From contig CAVYSE010000003.1 of assembly GCA_963771075.1 (NCBI GenBank), forward strand, positions 288,001 to 352,000: a stretch of 64,000 nt of DNA, in the 5' to 3' direction. Below, in pieces: positions 31,114 to 41,406 of the stretch. Positions within the stretch are counted from its first letter, which is position 1; every line of letters begins with the position of its first letter. A program made the translations under genes and the position numbers. The notes beneath the pieces are model-generated. The model was not told where the DNA came from. It was given only the letters and a program-made list of their open reading frames with translations, and did not search any database. The stretch is from a candidate division FCPU426 bacterium (GTDB lineage Bacteria > Oederibacteriota > Muellerivitia > Muellerivitales > Muellerivitaceae).

Positions 31114-32066
31114 TACCCCACCTTCGCCATGGCCCGGACGGGCGCTTTTTTCAATGCCATCTCGCAAAGCCTCTTCAATAGTTTCGGGAAAGGGATGCCC
31201 GCGGCCCGCGCCGCGTCCGGGACCAGGCTGACGGCGGTCATGCCGGGGGCGGTATTCACCTCCAGGATCTGGGGTTCCCCCTTCGGCGGGCAGATGAAGT
31301 CCACCCGGTAGTAATCCTGGCATCCCATGGCCTCGCCCGCCTTCAGGGCGTAGGCCTGCACCTTGCGGGTCTGGGCGGGCGTCAATCGGGCCGGGACCAC
31401 GTGGGTGGAATGGCCGGGGGTATATTTGGCGTCGTAATCGTAGAACTCATTCACCGGAAGGATCTCCACGACCGGCAGGGCCTTGCGGCCTAGGATGGTC
31501 GCGGTGACTTCCACGCCGCCGATGAACTTTTCCACCAGAACCCAGGAGCTGTACTGGAAAGCGTTCCGGAGGGCCCGGGAGAGCTCGGATTTCCTGCGCA
31601 CGATCGTGATCCCAATGGCCGATCCCACATCGGCGGGCTTCACCACCACGGGGAGCGGCAACCGGACGGTTTTCAAGCGCTCAGAGGGTTTCGCGCTTTT
31701 ATGAATCGCCGTCCAGGGCGCGGTCGGAATTCCCTGGGCCTCGAAAACCAGTTTGGAACATCCCTTGTGCATGGCCAGGCCGCAGGCCAAGGCACCCGAG
31801 CCCGTATAGGGGATCCTCCATTGGTCGAGAAGGGCTTGGAGCGTCCCATCCTCCCCAAAACCGCCGTGCAAGGCGATGAATAGGGCATCCGCCCGGGAAG
31901 CCAGGATGCGCCTGCGCAAAACCGTGGGCTTCCTGTCTTGGGCGGTCAAGGGCAGGCCCACCGCCTCCACCCCGGCCTGGGTCAGGCCCTCCAGCACGTT
32001 CTTTCCCGAAAGGAGCGATATTTTCTTCTCGGGGCTCCAGCCCCCGTATAAGACTCCAACTTTCAT
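31113..32066 (-). CDS. ddl: D-alanine--D-alanine ligase
   Basis: GGWSPEKKISLLSG, LHGGFGEDG, YDYDAKY, EVNTAPG. Confidence 0.97.
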   Translation of the reverse strand: MKVGVLYGGWSPEKKISLLSGKNVLEGLTQAGVEAVGLPLTAQDRKPTVLRRRILASRADALFIALHGGFGEDGTLQALLDQWRIPYTGSGALACGLAMHKGCSKLVFEAQGIPTAPWTAIHKSAKPSERLKTVRLPLPVVVKPADVGSAIGITIVRRKSELSRALRNAFQYSSWVLVEKFIGGVEVTATILGRKALPVVEILPVNEFYDYDAKYTPGHSTHVVPARLTPAQTRKVQAYALKAGEAMGCQDYYRVDFICPPKGEPQILEVNTAPGMTAVSLVPDAARAAGIPFPKLLKRLCEMALKKAPVRAMAKVG

Positions 32067-32128
32067 CTTGGTTCTCCGTTCCAACAGGTTCCCCGCCCCT
32101 GGGGGCGGGAGTTGGTGTTGTACGACCC

Positions 32129-33106
32129 TCAACTTCCCTTCAAGTTCCACCATACGTCCTTGATCTCTTCCCAGTTCCAGTTGCCCATGGGCAAAATCTC
32201 CGGTTCCAGGCGGATGCCGGTGGCTTCCCGCACCCTTTTTTGCACTTCCCGCATCACCCCCACCACATCGTGGGCGGTGGCCTTGCCGTTGTTGACGATG
32301 AAATTGGCGTGGATCGGGCTTACCTGCGCGTCCCCCACCCGGAAACCCTTGAGACCCACCGACTCGGTCAGCCTCCCGGCGAAATCCCCCGGCGGGTTCT
32401 TGAAGACGCTCCCCGCGTTTTTTTCCGTGCGGGGCTGGCGGCCCCGGCGGGCCTTGAAATATTCCTTCACCTTTTTTTCCACCATGGCCTTGGGCTCTTT
32501 CCGGAGCTTGAGGACCACCTCCACCAGCACGTCCCCCGTCATCTTCAGGGAGGAACTGCGGTATCCGAACACCAGCCCGGAACTGGGGATCTTTTTCATT
32601 TCCCCCCGGGGCGACACGATCGTCACTTCCTGCACCAGGGGCCCGATCCAGGCCCGTTTGGCGCCCGCGTTCCCCACCACCGCCCCGCCGATCGTCCCCG
32701 GGATCCCGGCGAAAAATTCCACTCCGCCCAGGTTGGCTTCCCGGGTCTTGGCCAAAACCGAAACCAGCTTGGTGCCCGCCTTGGCCCGGACCCGGGTCCC
32801 TTCGATCTCCACCCCCTGGAAATTCCGGCCCAGCCGGATCACCACGCCCTGGTAGCCTTCGTCGGCGAAGAGCACGTTGGAACCCCCGCCTAAAATCAGG
32901 TAGGACACCCCCGCGTGGGACAGGCAACGCAGGAGTTCGCTCAGGTCTTCCGCGCCCTGCGGCTCCACCAACGCCGAACAACGCCCCCCGATGTGGTAAG
33001 TGGTCTGGGGGCCCAAGGGCGCGTCGAGGATCACCTTGCCCTCGATGAGCCGGGTCAGTTCCCGCAAATCCACCTGTTTGAGATCCATCCGTTCCACCGC
33101 GATCAT
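32129..33106 (-). CDS. murB: UDP-N-acetylenolpyruvoylglucosamine reductase
   Basis: GGGSNVL, GIPGTIGG..GNAGA, GSVFKNP, HANFIVN. Confidence 0.96.
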   Translation of the reverse strand: MIAVERMDLKQVDLRELTRLIEGKVILDAPLGPQTTYHIGGRCSALVEPQGAEDLSELLRCLSHAGVSYLILGGGSNVLFADEGYQGVVIRLGRNFQGVEIEGTRVRAKAGTKLVSVLAKTREANLGGVEFFAGIPGTIGGAVVGNAGAKRAWIGPLVQEVTIVSPRGEMKKIPSSGLVFGYRSSSLKMTGDVLVEVVLKLRKEPKAMVEKKVKEYFKARRGRQPRTEKNAGSVFKNPPGDFAGRLTESVGLKGFRVGDAQVSPIHANFIVNNGKATAHDVVGVMREVQKRVREATGIRLEPEILPMGNWNWEEIKDVWWNLKGS

Positions 33107-33133
33107 GTTTTCGTTTTCTCCTTCAGACTTTTT

Positions 33134-33246
33134 CACCACCAAGGCGCCAAGGCGCCAAGAAAGGCAAAACAAGCAACCGCCGACTTAAGGTTTTTAATCC
33201 AAAGATTCATTTTTGGGTTTTCTTGGTGTCTTTGTGTCTTGGTGGT
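33134..33246. repeat. REP-like inverted repeat
   Basis: CACCACCAAGGCGCCAAGGCGCCAAGAA ... TTCTTGGTGTCTTTGTGTCTTGGTGG. Confidence 0.65.
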
Positions 33247-33263
33247 CATTTTTGCCTTTCTCC

Positions 33264-34669
33264 TCATCCCTTGTGTTTCTGGACCAGGTCGCTGCCGACC
33301 TTCCAGATGTCGCCCGCGCCCATGGTCAGGAGTACGGTGTTGGCGTTGAGGCGGTTTTTCAGGTATTCCAGGAGCGCGCCCTTGTCCTCGATGGATTGCA
33401 CGTTCTTGTGGCCGTTTTCCCGGATGGCCTCCACCAGCGTCTTTCCCGAGACCCCGGGGATGGGCTTCTCCCGCGAGGGATAGATGGCGGAAATGACCAC
33501 CTCGTCCGCGTCAAAGAAGGCCTTGCCGAACTTGTCCCGAAGCAGCTGGGTGCGGGAGAAGAGATGGGGCTGGAACACGACCAGGAGCTTTTTCTTCCCC
33601 GCGTAAGTTCTTGGCCGCCCTCAGGGTCTCCTGCACGGCCGTGGGATGATGGGCGTAATCGTCGATGACCGTGGCTCCCTTGTAGGTACCCTTGATCTCG
33701 AAACGGCGCTGGGCGCCATGGAAACGGGACAAGTCCCGCCGCGATGGCCTTGAAGGGGACCTTGAGTTCCAGGCCCACCGCCACCGCCGCCAGGGCGTTC
33801 TGCACGTTGAATCGCCCGGGGACGTTGAGTTTCACGGCCCCCAACCGCTTGCCCTCCCATTCGACCTCGAAGGTGGACCCGATTTTTTCCAGCTTCACCT
33901 TTCGGGCCCGCAAAGCCGCGCCCGGCCCCATGCCGTAGGCCACCGCCCGCCTCTTGAGCTGGGGCAGGATGGCCTGGACCTGCTTGTCGTCGACCCCCAG
34001 GATCACGCAGCCGTAGAAGGGCACCTTGTTGCCGAAAGCCACGAAGGCTTCCCGCACCTTCTCGATGGAACCGTAGTAGTCCAGGTGGTCGTCGTCGATG
34101 TTGGTGACGATGGAGATCATGGGGGAGAGGAGGAAGAATTCACCGAAGGCCTCGCAAGCCTCGGCGACCAGGTATGGGCTTTTCCCCAGCTTGGCGTTGG
34201 ACTTGAACACGTCCACCTGCCCTCCGATGACCAGGGTGGGGTCCAGCCCGCCCTCGGTGAGCACCAGGCCCACCATGGAGGTGGTGGTGGTCTTGCCGTG
34301 GGTGCCGGAGACCGCGATGCCGTACTTGAGGCGCATCAATTCCCCAAGCATCTCGGTGCGGGGGATGACCGGGATGCCCCGGCGCGCGGCCTCGGTGATC
34401 TCCGGGTTGTCCATGGGCACGGCGGCCGAATACACCACCACGTCGGATGCGGAGACGTTGCCGGCCTTGTGCCCGAAGGAGATCTTGGCCCCCATCTTCT
34501 GCAGCCGGTCGGTCACCTCGCTGGCCTTCAGGTCCGAGCCCGTCACCTGGTAGTGCAGGCTCAGGAGGACCGCCGCGATGCCGCTCATGCCCGCCCCGCC
34601 GATGCCGATGAAATGCACGCGTTGGACCTGCCCCAGGGCCTGGTTGATCTGGAAAGAGGCTGTTTTCAT
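33264..34669 (-). CDS. murC: UDP-N-acetylmuramate--L-alanine ligase (two frameshifts)
   Basis: [47 protein letters not shown]. Confidence 0.95.
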
Positions 34670-35767
34670 GCGGTTTTCCTTTGCCGGGCCATTGCCAAAA
34701 GCCCCTCGGCGATTTGGGCTGCCGCCCCCGGGCGCGCGAGGTTTCCCGCGGCCCGGCCCATCGTTTGAAGCTTTTCCCTATCCGAAAGCAGTGAGATCAC
34801 CGCCCGGCAGAGGGTTTCCTCGTCCGCCTCGTCCTCCCGCAGAACCTGCGCCATCCCGGCCGCCTGGAGCATCCGTGCGTTCTTCTCCTGGTGCCCGGAA
34901 GCGTGGGGATATGGAATAAAGAGGGCTGGTAGGCTCCGGCTTATGAGTTTCGGCGCAGGTCATGGCGCCCGACCGGCTCACCACCAGGTCGCTGGCCGCG
35001 TAAGCTTCGTGAATATTCGCGATAAAGGGCCTCAAAACCACCTTCAAGGGGCATTTTTCCAGCTCGTCCACCGTCGCTTGATAATCCGCCGGGCCCGTCA
35101 TGAAGATCGCCTGCACCGGCTGGTCTCCCTGGCCCAGGAATTTCAACACTCCCGCCATGAGGCGGTTCAGGCTTCGGGCCCCCTGCGATCCCCCCAGCAT
35201 CAACAGCGTGGGGGTATCCGGTTGTAACCCGAAGGCTTCCCTCGATTTTTTCCTTTCGGCCGACACGATCTCTTCCCTGACCGGAATTCCAGACCATTCC
35301 GACCTCCTCCTCGAAAAGTGTTTGAGGGTTTCCTCGAAACCGACGAAAACCCTCCGGGCGAAGGCGCCCAAAAACCGGGCCGCCAATCCCGGCTCCACGT
35401 TGGGTTCGAACAATCCCACCGGCACACCCCGACAACAAGCCGCGAGGGACAAAGGCACGGATACGTAACCGCCCGTGGAAAAGACCGCCGCCGGGCGGAT
35501 GGCTCCGACCAGCCGCCAGGACCGCCCGAAACCCCGGGCCAGGTCCCAGGCGAAGCCGAAGAGCCTCCACGAGAGGGAGCGGGGCATGCCGCTGGCGGAG
35601 ATGCCCTCGAAAGGGATTCCCGCCTCGCGCACCCACTTGGCCTCCGGCCCGTTGACCTTGCCCACGTATACCAACTTGTTCTCCTTGTCCTTCATCAATT
35701 CTTTCGCGACCGCCAACGCGGGAAACACATGCCCCCCCGTTCCGCCGCCCGTTAACAAAATCTTCAC
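34666..35767 (-). CDS. murG: Lipid II N-acetylglucosaminyltransferase (frameshifts near the 3' end)
   Basis: GGGTGGHVFP, GGYVSVP, GGSQGA, SRSGA. Confidence 0.95.
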
Positions 35768-35987
35768 ATTCCTAACCTTAACGACAACGGCAAACCACTT
35801 CTTAACCACAGAGACACATGCCACCCATCCACAAACCCATAAAGAAGGTGGTATAGCCCCGCATTTTCTAAATGATCTTTCCAAAAGATATGCGGGGCAG
35901 AGGCACAGAGAAAAAATTTTTGATCTAATTTTGAAATCCTTCTCCGTGTCTCCGTGTCTCCGTGGTGAAATCCTTTGTCTTTATTAT

Positions 35988-37141
35988 TCATGCCGCCACC
36001 GGCTTGGCCCCGAAGGGCGAGGACAACTTGGTCTCCCGGGATATGTTGAAAAGGATGCCGATGGAGAACAGCGTGAAGACCATGGAGGAGCCTCCGTAGG
36101 AAATCAGGGGAAGGGGGATACCCTTGGTGGGCAGCAGGCCCGTGACCACACCCAGGTTCATGACCGCTTGGAACCCGATAAGGCCCGTGACGCCGGAGGC
36201 CAGGAGCGCCTTGAAAAGTCCGTTCTCCCGCATCCCCGCCTGGGCCGCCACCTTGAAACCCCGCAGGATGAAGACCGCGAAAAGGAACACCAGGCTGCCG
36301 GCTCCCCACAATCCCAATTCCTCGGCGATGACGGCGAAGATGAAATCGGTGTGGGGCGCGGGAAGGTAAAAGAGCTTTTGCGTGCTGTTGGAGAGTCCGA
36401 CCCCCAGGGGCCCGCCATTCCCCACCGCGATGAGGGATTGGATCAGCTGGAAACCCGGCCCCCTGCGGATCCTCCCAGGGGTTCAGGAAGGCCGTAATGC
36501 GCCTCATGCGGTAACTGGCCGACTCCACGAGAAAAATGAAGGTAGGCACCAGGACCGCCAGGGGCATCATGAAAAATTTCCATTGCATCCCCGAGAACAG
36601 CATCAATTGGAGGGTCACCAGGGCCAGGAGCACCGCCGTTCCCAAGTCGTGCTGTTTTTCCAGAAGGACCATCCCCAGCCCCAAAATGATGAAATAGGGC
36701 ACCAGGCCGGAGAGCTGGCGTATCTGGGCCTGGCGGCGGTCCAGGGAATCGGCCAGGTAGAAGACCAGGGCGATCTTGAAAACCTCGGAGGGCTGGAAGG
36801 AAAGGGGACCCAGCCGGAACCACCTCTGGGCGCCGCCCACCGTGCGGCCGATGCCCGGAATACAGACCGCGACCATGAGCAGGAGGGACAGGAACAGGGC
36901 CGGAATGGCCAGGGCCCGGAGCCTTTCCAGGTCCATCCGGGAGGCGAACCACAAACCCGCCCACCCCACCCCCACCCAGGTCAGTTGGCGCAGAATGAAG
37001 TAATAACTGCTGTTGTAGCGGTCATGGGCCAGGATGGCCGAGGCGCTATAAACCATGATCAGCCCGACCGTCACCAGGACGACGGTCGAGCAGGAACAGC
37101 AGGAAGTCGGGCGACGGCTGGGACTTGTTTTTAAGGTTCAC
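35988..37141 (-). CDS. ftsW: Peptidoglycan polymerase FtsW (two frameshifts)
   Basis: GLIMVYSAS, FQPSEVFK, FLNPWEDP, HTDFIF, PLISYGGSS. Confidence 0.95.
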
Positions 37142-37151
37142 TTTTTCCTCT

Positions 37152-37343
37152 TCATTCTTGAAAGACCCGGAGATAGGGGATTTCATCCTTCCGTTCGGAT
37201 TCCGACCAAGGCGTTGAAGGTGTGGTAAAGGTGTGGGTGGTGTGGCTGTCAGAATCCGAGCGCAAAAATGAAACCTCCCTTCCCGATTGGACGGCGGCGT
37301 GGATGCGCCGCGACTCTTTCTCGCCCAATTGGATGATGAACAT
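37152..37343 (-). CDS. Small hypothetical protein (63 aa) between murD and ftsW
   Basis: MFIIQLGEKESRRIHAAVQSGREVSF...EIPYLRVFQE; ends 11 nt before the ftsW start. Confidence 0.5.
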   Translation of the reverse strand: MFIIQLGEKESRRIHAAVQSGREVSFLRSDSDSHTTHTFTTPSTPWSESERKDEIPYLRVFQE

Positions 37344-37379
37344 CAGCGTTTTTCTTCTTCCAAACAAAACGACCCCAAA

Positions 37380-37473
37380 TCACCGCGAAGTCGCGAAGAA
37401 AATCGAAAGCCCATGGATGAAAAAAACATAAATCTAAATTGTCGTTTTGTCGTTCTTCGCGTCTTCGCGGTGA
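37380..37473. repeat. REP-like inverted repeat (CGCGAAG family)
   Basis: CACCGCGAAGTCGCGAAG ... CTTCGCGTCTTCGCGGTG; same family as 60834-61007. Confidence 0.65.
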
Positions 37474-37485
37474 AAATTCCTCGCT

Positions 37486-38868
37486 TCATCCTTTTGTGGC
37501 CCCCGTTCGGGATTCCCGTAAGTGCTTCACCAGGGCCTTGAACTGGCGGCCCCGGTCCTCGTAATTCTGGAACATGTCAAAGCTGGCGCATCCGGGGGAA
37601 AACAAAACCGTCCCCCCCTTCTCGCTCTCGGCCAAGGCTCCCTTGACCGTCTCCTCCAGGGTGCCGGCTTCCACCACCGTGACCGCCGGGGAGAGTTGGG
37701 CGGCCACCTTGGCCTTGCACTCCCCGAACGCCACCACGCGGGTGACCCTTTCCTGGATGAGGGGGATCAAACGGGTGAAATCCCCCGCCTTGTCCCGCCC
37801 GCCCAGGATCAGCACGATGGGCCGCCGGAAGCTTTCCAGGGCCTTGACCACCGAATCCACGTTGGTGCCCTTGGAGTCGTTCACGAAACGCACCCCGTCG
37901 ATCTCGCCCGCGTCCTCCAGCCGGTGTTCCACTCCCTCGAAATCCTCCAAAGCCTTCGCGATGGCGGCATCCGGCGTGCCCATCAGGGAGGCGGCCAGGG
38001 CCGCCGCGCAGGCGTTTTCCACGTTGTGAGGGCCGGGTATCCTCAAGGCGGCCAGTGGAAGCAGTTCGCGCCCTAAAAGCTCGATCTTCCCCTCCACGGC
38101 GTAGCAGCCCGGTTTTCCCCCGCCCCGGTTTTCCTTCGGGAACCCGAAAAGGAAAACCCGTCCCTTGGCCATGGAGGAGAAAAGAGGGGTGTACTTGTCG
38201 GAAACGTTCAAGAGAACCGAGTCTTCCGGACCCTGGTTCTTGAAAACCCTCCCCTTCATTTCCACGTAGGTCTGCATGGAGCCGTGCCGGTCCAGGTGGT
38301 CGGGCGTCACGTTCAGGATCGCCGCCACTTTGGGATGGAAATCCCTTATGGTTTCCAGCTGGAAGCTGGAAACTTCCAGGACCGCCGCGTCCTCGGCGGA
38401 CAGGTCGAACACCGCCTCGGCGAAGGCCGTGCCGATGTTGCCGCAGGCCAGGGCTTTCCGGCCGCCCCGGAGGATCATCTCGGTCAAAAGGGTGGTGGTG
38501 GTGGTTTTACCGTTGGTGCCGGTCACCGCCGCCACGGGGGCCGCGCAATAGCCGAAAGCCAGCTCCATTTCACCGATGACGGGCAGGCCCTTGTCGGCGG
38601 CCGCTTCCAGGACCGGGTGATTCAGGGGTACTCCCGGGGAAACCACCAAAAGGTCGCAAGCGGTCAGCTCCCGCAGGTTGCCCCCGCCCAGGGCCAGGCG
38701 GACCCCGGAAAGGCCCTTGGCCTTTTCGATCCAGGAAGTGAGTTTCTCCGGGCTCTTGTCGTCCAGGATCACCACCCGGGCCCCGTGGAGGGTCAGGAGC
38801 CTGGCGGCCGCGAACCCCGACCTTCCCAGACCCATGACCGCCGCTTGTTTTCCGTTCACGTTTAGCAT
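37486..38868 (-). CDS. murD: UDP-MurNAc-L-Ala--D-Glu ligase
   Basis: GLGRSG, VSPGVP, TGTNGKTTT, EVSSFQLE, NDSKGTN, SPGCASFD. Confidence 0.98.
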   Translation of the reverse strand: MLNVNGKQAAVMGLGRSGFAAARLLTLHGARVVILDDKSPEKLTSWIEKAKGLSGVRLALGGGNLRELTACDLLVVSPGVPLNHPVLEAAADKGLPVIGEMELAFGYCAAPVAAVTGTNGKTTTTTLLTEMILRGGRKALACGNIGTAFAEAVFDLSAEDAAVLEVSSFQLETIRDFHPKVAAILNVTPDHLDRHGSMQTYVEMKGRVFKNQGPEDSVLLNVSDKYTPLFSSMAKGRVFLFGFPKENRGGGKPGCYAVEGKIELLGRELLPLAALRIPGPHNVENACAAALAASLMGTPDAAIAKALEDFEGVEHRLEDAGEIDGVRFVNDSKGTNVDSVVKALESFRRPIVLILGGRDKAGDFTRLIPLIQERVTRVVAFGECKAKVAAQLSPAVTVVEAGTLEETVKGALAESEKGGTVLFSPGCASFDMFQNYEDRGRQFKALVKHLRESRTGATKG

Positions 38869-38878
38869 GGTTTCCCCG

Positions 38879-39967
38879 TTACCTCAGTTTCAGCGTGGAT
38901 AAAGTCAAAAGCGTCAAAATGATGGCCACGATCCAAAAGCGCACGATGAGCTTGGATTCGGGCACGCCGGAGAGCTCGAAATGGTGGTGGAGGGGAGCCA
39001 TCTTGAAAACCCGCTTGCCGCTGACCTTGAAGGACGTCACTTGGATGATGACCGAGAGGGCCTCCGCCACGAAGATGCCGCCCACGATGATGAGCAGGAT
39101 CTCCTGCTTGACCATCATGGCGATGGTGCCCAGCAACCCTCCCAGGGCCAGGGAGCCGGTATCGCCCATGAAGACCTGGGCCGGATGGGCGTTGAACCAG
39201 AGGAACCCCAGCCCCGCCCCCACCAGCCCGGCGCAGACCACCGTCAACTCGGAGGCGCCCGGCACGGTGATGATCTTCAGGTACTCGCTGAATTTCACGT
39301 TGCCCGACACGTAGGTGACGACCACGAAGGCCATGGCCGCGAAGGTGGTGCAGCCGACCGCCAGGCCGTCCAGGCCGTCGGTCAGGTTCACCGCGTTGGA
39401 GGCCGAGACGATCACCAGGACCCCGAAGAAAGGATAGAGGGCGTCCAGGTTCACGGGATGCTTGAAGAAAGGCAGGGTGATGTAGGTCTTCATGTAAAAA
39501 TCGTCGGGGAGCACCATCAGGTAGAGGTACACGATGAGGATGGCCCCCATGACCTGGAAGATCAGCTTTTGGGCGCCCGAAATCCCCCGCTTTTTGCCCT
39601 CGCCCACGAGCTTCCAGTAATCGTCCGCGAAGCCGATGGCCCCGAACCAGAGGATGGACAGGAGGGCGATCCAATACAATTTGGAGTCCCATCGGACCCA
39701 CAGCAGAGTGCTGGCGACGAGGGAAGCCACGATCAGGAGCCCCCCCATGGTGGGCGTCCCCGCCTTGGCCGAGTGGCTGGCCGGCCCGTCGGTACGGATC
39801 TTCTCGCCCATCTGGGAGGACCTCATCCAGCGGATCAGGGCGCCCCCGAAAAGGAGGCATATGGCGAAGGTGGTGACGGCCGCGTAAACGGAGCGGAAAG
39901 TCACGTACCGGAAAACATTGAATCCGATGAACTTTCCGGCCAGCGGGTAGAGGAGGTGGTAAAGCAT
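38879..39967 (-). CDS. mraY: Phospho-N-acetylmuramoyl-pentapeptide transferase
   Basis: KAGTPTMGG, GFADDY, NAVNLTDGLDG, FMGDTGS, MAPLHHHFE. Confidence 0.99.
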   Translation of the reverse strand: MLYHLLYPLAGKFIGFNVFRYVTFRSVYAAVTTFAICLLFGGALIRWMRSSQMGEKIRTDGPASHSAKAGTPTMGGLLIVASLVASTLLWVRWDSKLYWIALLSILWFGAIGFADDYWKLVGEGKKRGISGAQKLIFQVMGAILIVYLYLMVLPDDFYMKTYITLPFFKHPVNLDALYPFFGVLVIVSASNAVNLTDGLDGLAVGCTTFAAMAFVVVTYVSGNVKFSEYLKIITVPGASELTVVCAGLVGAGLGFLWFNAHPAQVFMGDTGSLALGGLLGTIAMMVKQEILLIIVGGIFVAEALSVIIQVTSFKVSGKRVFKMAPLHHHFELSGVPESKLIVRFWIVAIILTLLTLSTLKLR

Positions 39968-39972
39968 GGGTC

Positions 39973-41328
39973 CTAACCTTTCCTTTTGGGCAGCGCCTCA
40001 AGCGCCGCCTCCATTTTCATTCCCCGCGAACCCTTCAACAGCACCGCGTCCCCGGACCGGATCCGGCGGGCTAATTCGGTCCCGGCCTGTCTCGAGGACT
40101 CCAGGAGCATCACTTCCTCCCTTTGGTCCGCGCTCAGGTACCGGGCGGCCTTGCGGAACTCCCCTCCCACCAGGAGCACCAGGCCCGGGGCCAGGCGCAG
40201 GGCCTGGCGGAGCGCCTGGCGGTGGGCCAGGGGGCCGAAGTCGCCCAGTTCGAGCATGTCCCCCAGCACCAGGACCTTGCGCTGGGGCCCCTTCAATCCC
40301 TCAAAGGTGGAAAGCGCCGCTTCCATGGAGGCGGGGGAGGCGTTATAGGCGTCGTTGAGGATCAAGGCCCCCATTCGGTTCTCGATTTCCATGCGCATCT
40401 TGGCCTTGGGCCGGAAGCTGCCCAGCCGTTCGGCAAGCGCCTGGAAGGGCACGCCCAGGGCCAGACCGGCGGAGGCCGCCGCCAGGGCGTTCAGGACGTT
40501 GTGGGCGCCGGGCATTTGAAGGAGGACCGATGACTTTTGGCCGCTCGCCTGAAGGATAAACCGGGTGAAGAGACCCCGGGGTTTGAGCTCCAGCGCCCGG
40601 ACCTGCCCGGTCTTGAATCCGAATGTGATCACTTGTTCTCCTTTTTGGCTCAACAGGGGTTCTTCCCCGTTGAGGACGATCCACCCGCCCGGCCGGAGGG
40701 CCGTTTGGATCTTTTGTTTCTCTTGCGCCAACTGCCGCCGCCCGCCGAAATGCCCCAGATGCGCGTCCCCGATGGCGGTCACCACGGTCACATCGGGCCG
40801 CGCGGTCTCCGACAACCCCGCCATCTCGCCCGGGTGGTTGATGCCGATCTCCACCACCGCCGACCGGTCCTCCGGGGAGAGCCTCAACAACGTCAAGGGG
40901 AGTCCCCATTGGTTGTTCAGGTTGCCCTCGGTTTTTAAGACCCTTCCCTTCGCCCCCAGTAAATGGGCCGTCATGTCCTTGACCGTGGTCTTTCCCATGC
41001 TTCCCGTCACGGCCACCACCGGCCCGTTCCACTGAAGCCTTTGGCTTCTTCCCAAGTCCCCCAAGGCCCGGGTGGTATCCGAAACCAGAACCTCAGGAAG
41101 CTTCCCGGCCCCTTCCTGATCGACGAGGGCCCCGGCCGCCCCCTTGGCCGCCGCTTCCCTTAAAAACTTGTGCCCATCCAGGCGGTTTCCCCGGATAGCC
41201 ACGTAAAGGTTCCCCTTTTTCAGGGCCCGCGTATCGTGGGAAACCCCCGCGATCCGGACCTTCCGCCCCCCCTTGAGAAGCTTTCCGTTCGTCAAGGCGG
41301 CCACTTCTTCCAGCGACCATGGCAGCAT
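39973..41328 (-). CDS. murF: UDP-MurNAc-tripeptide--D-Ala-D-Ala ligase
   Basis: [40 protein letters not shown]. Confidence 0.97.
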   Translation of the reverse strand: MLPWSLEEVAALTNGKLLKGGRKVRIAGVSHDTRALKKGNLYVAIRGNRLDGHKFLREAAAKGAAGALVDQEGAGKLPEVLVSDTTRALGDLGRSQRLQWNGPVVAVTGSMGKTTVKDMTAHLLGAKGRVLKTEGNLNNQWGLPLTLLRLSPEDRSAVVEIGINHPGEMAGLSETARPDVTVVTAIGDAHLGHFGGRRQLAQEKQKIQTALRPGGWIVLNGEEPLLSQKGEQVITFGFKTGQVRALELKPRGLFTRFILQASGQKSSVLLQMPGAHNVLNALAAASAGLALGVPFQALAERLGSFRPKAKMRMEIENRMGALILNDAYNASPASMEAALSTFEGLKGPQRKVLVLGDMLELGDFGPLAHRQALRQALRLAPGLVLLVGGEFRKAARYLSADQREEVMLLESSRQAGTELARRIRSGDAVLLKGSRGMKMEAALEALPKRKG

Positions 41329-41406
41329 CAGGAATTCAACCCAGCAAAATCTTTTTCACCACAGAGGCACAGAGACACAGAGAAGTAATTTGATTTATCT
41401 TTTCCT

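Noticed and set aside
31113..32981. 622-aa ORF suggesting a Ddl N-terminal fusion; also the extended starts given for ftsQ, ftsI, mraZ, murG and glpK
   Set aside because: The extensions are alternative-frame read-through of upstream genes or repeats; downstream starts match the family N-termini.
5194..37141. Frameshifts in guaB, a GT-C gene, the deacetylase, ftsZ, ftsA, murC, murG and ftsW read as programmed recoding or pseudogenisation
   Set aside because: They hit many essential genes, often at homopolymers, and the motifs remain intact in adjacent frames. Assembly indel errors are the simplest explanation; confirm by read polishing.
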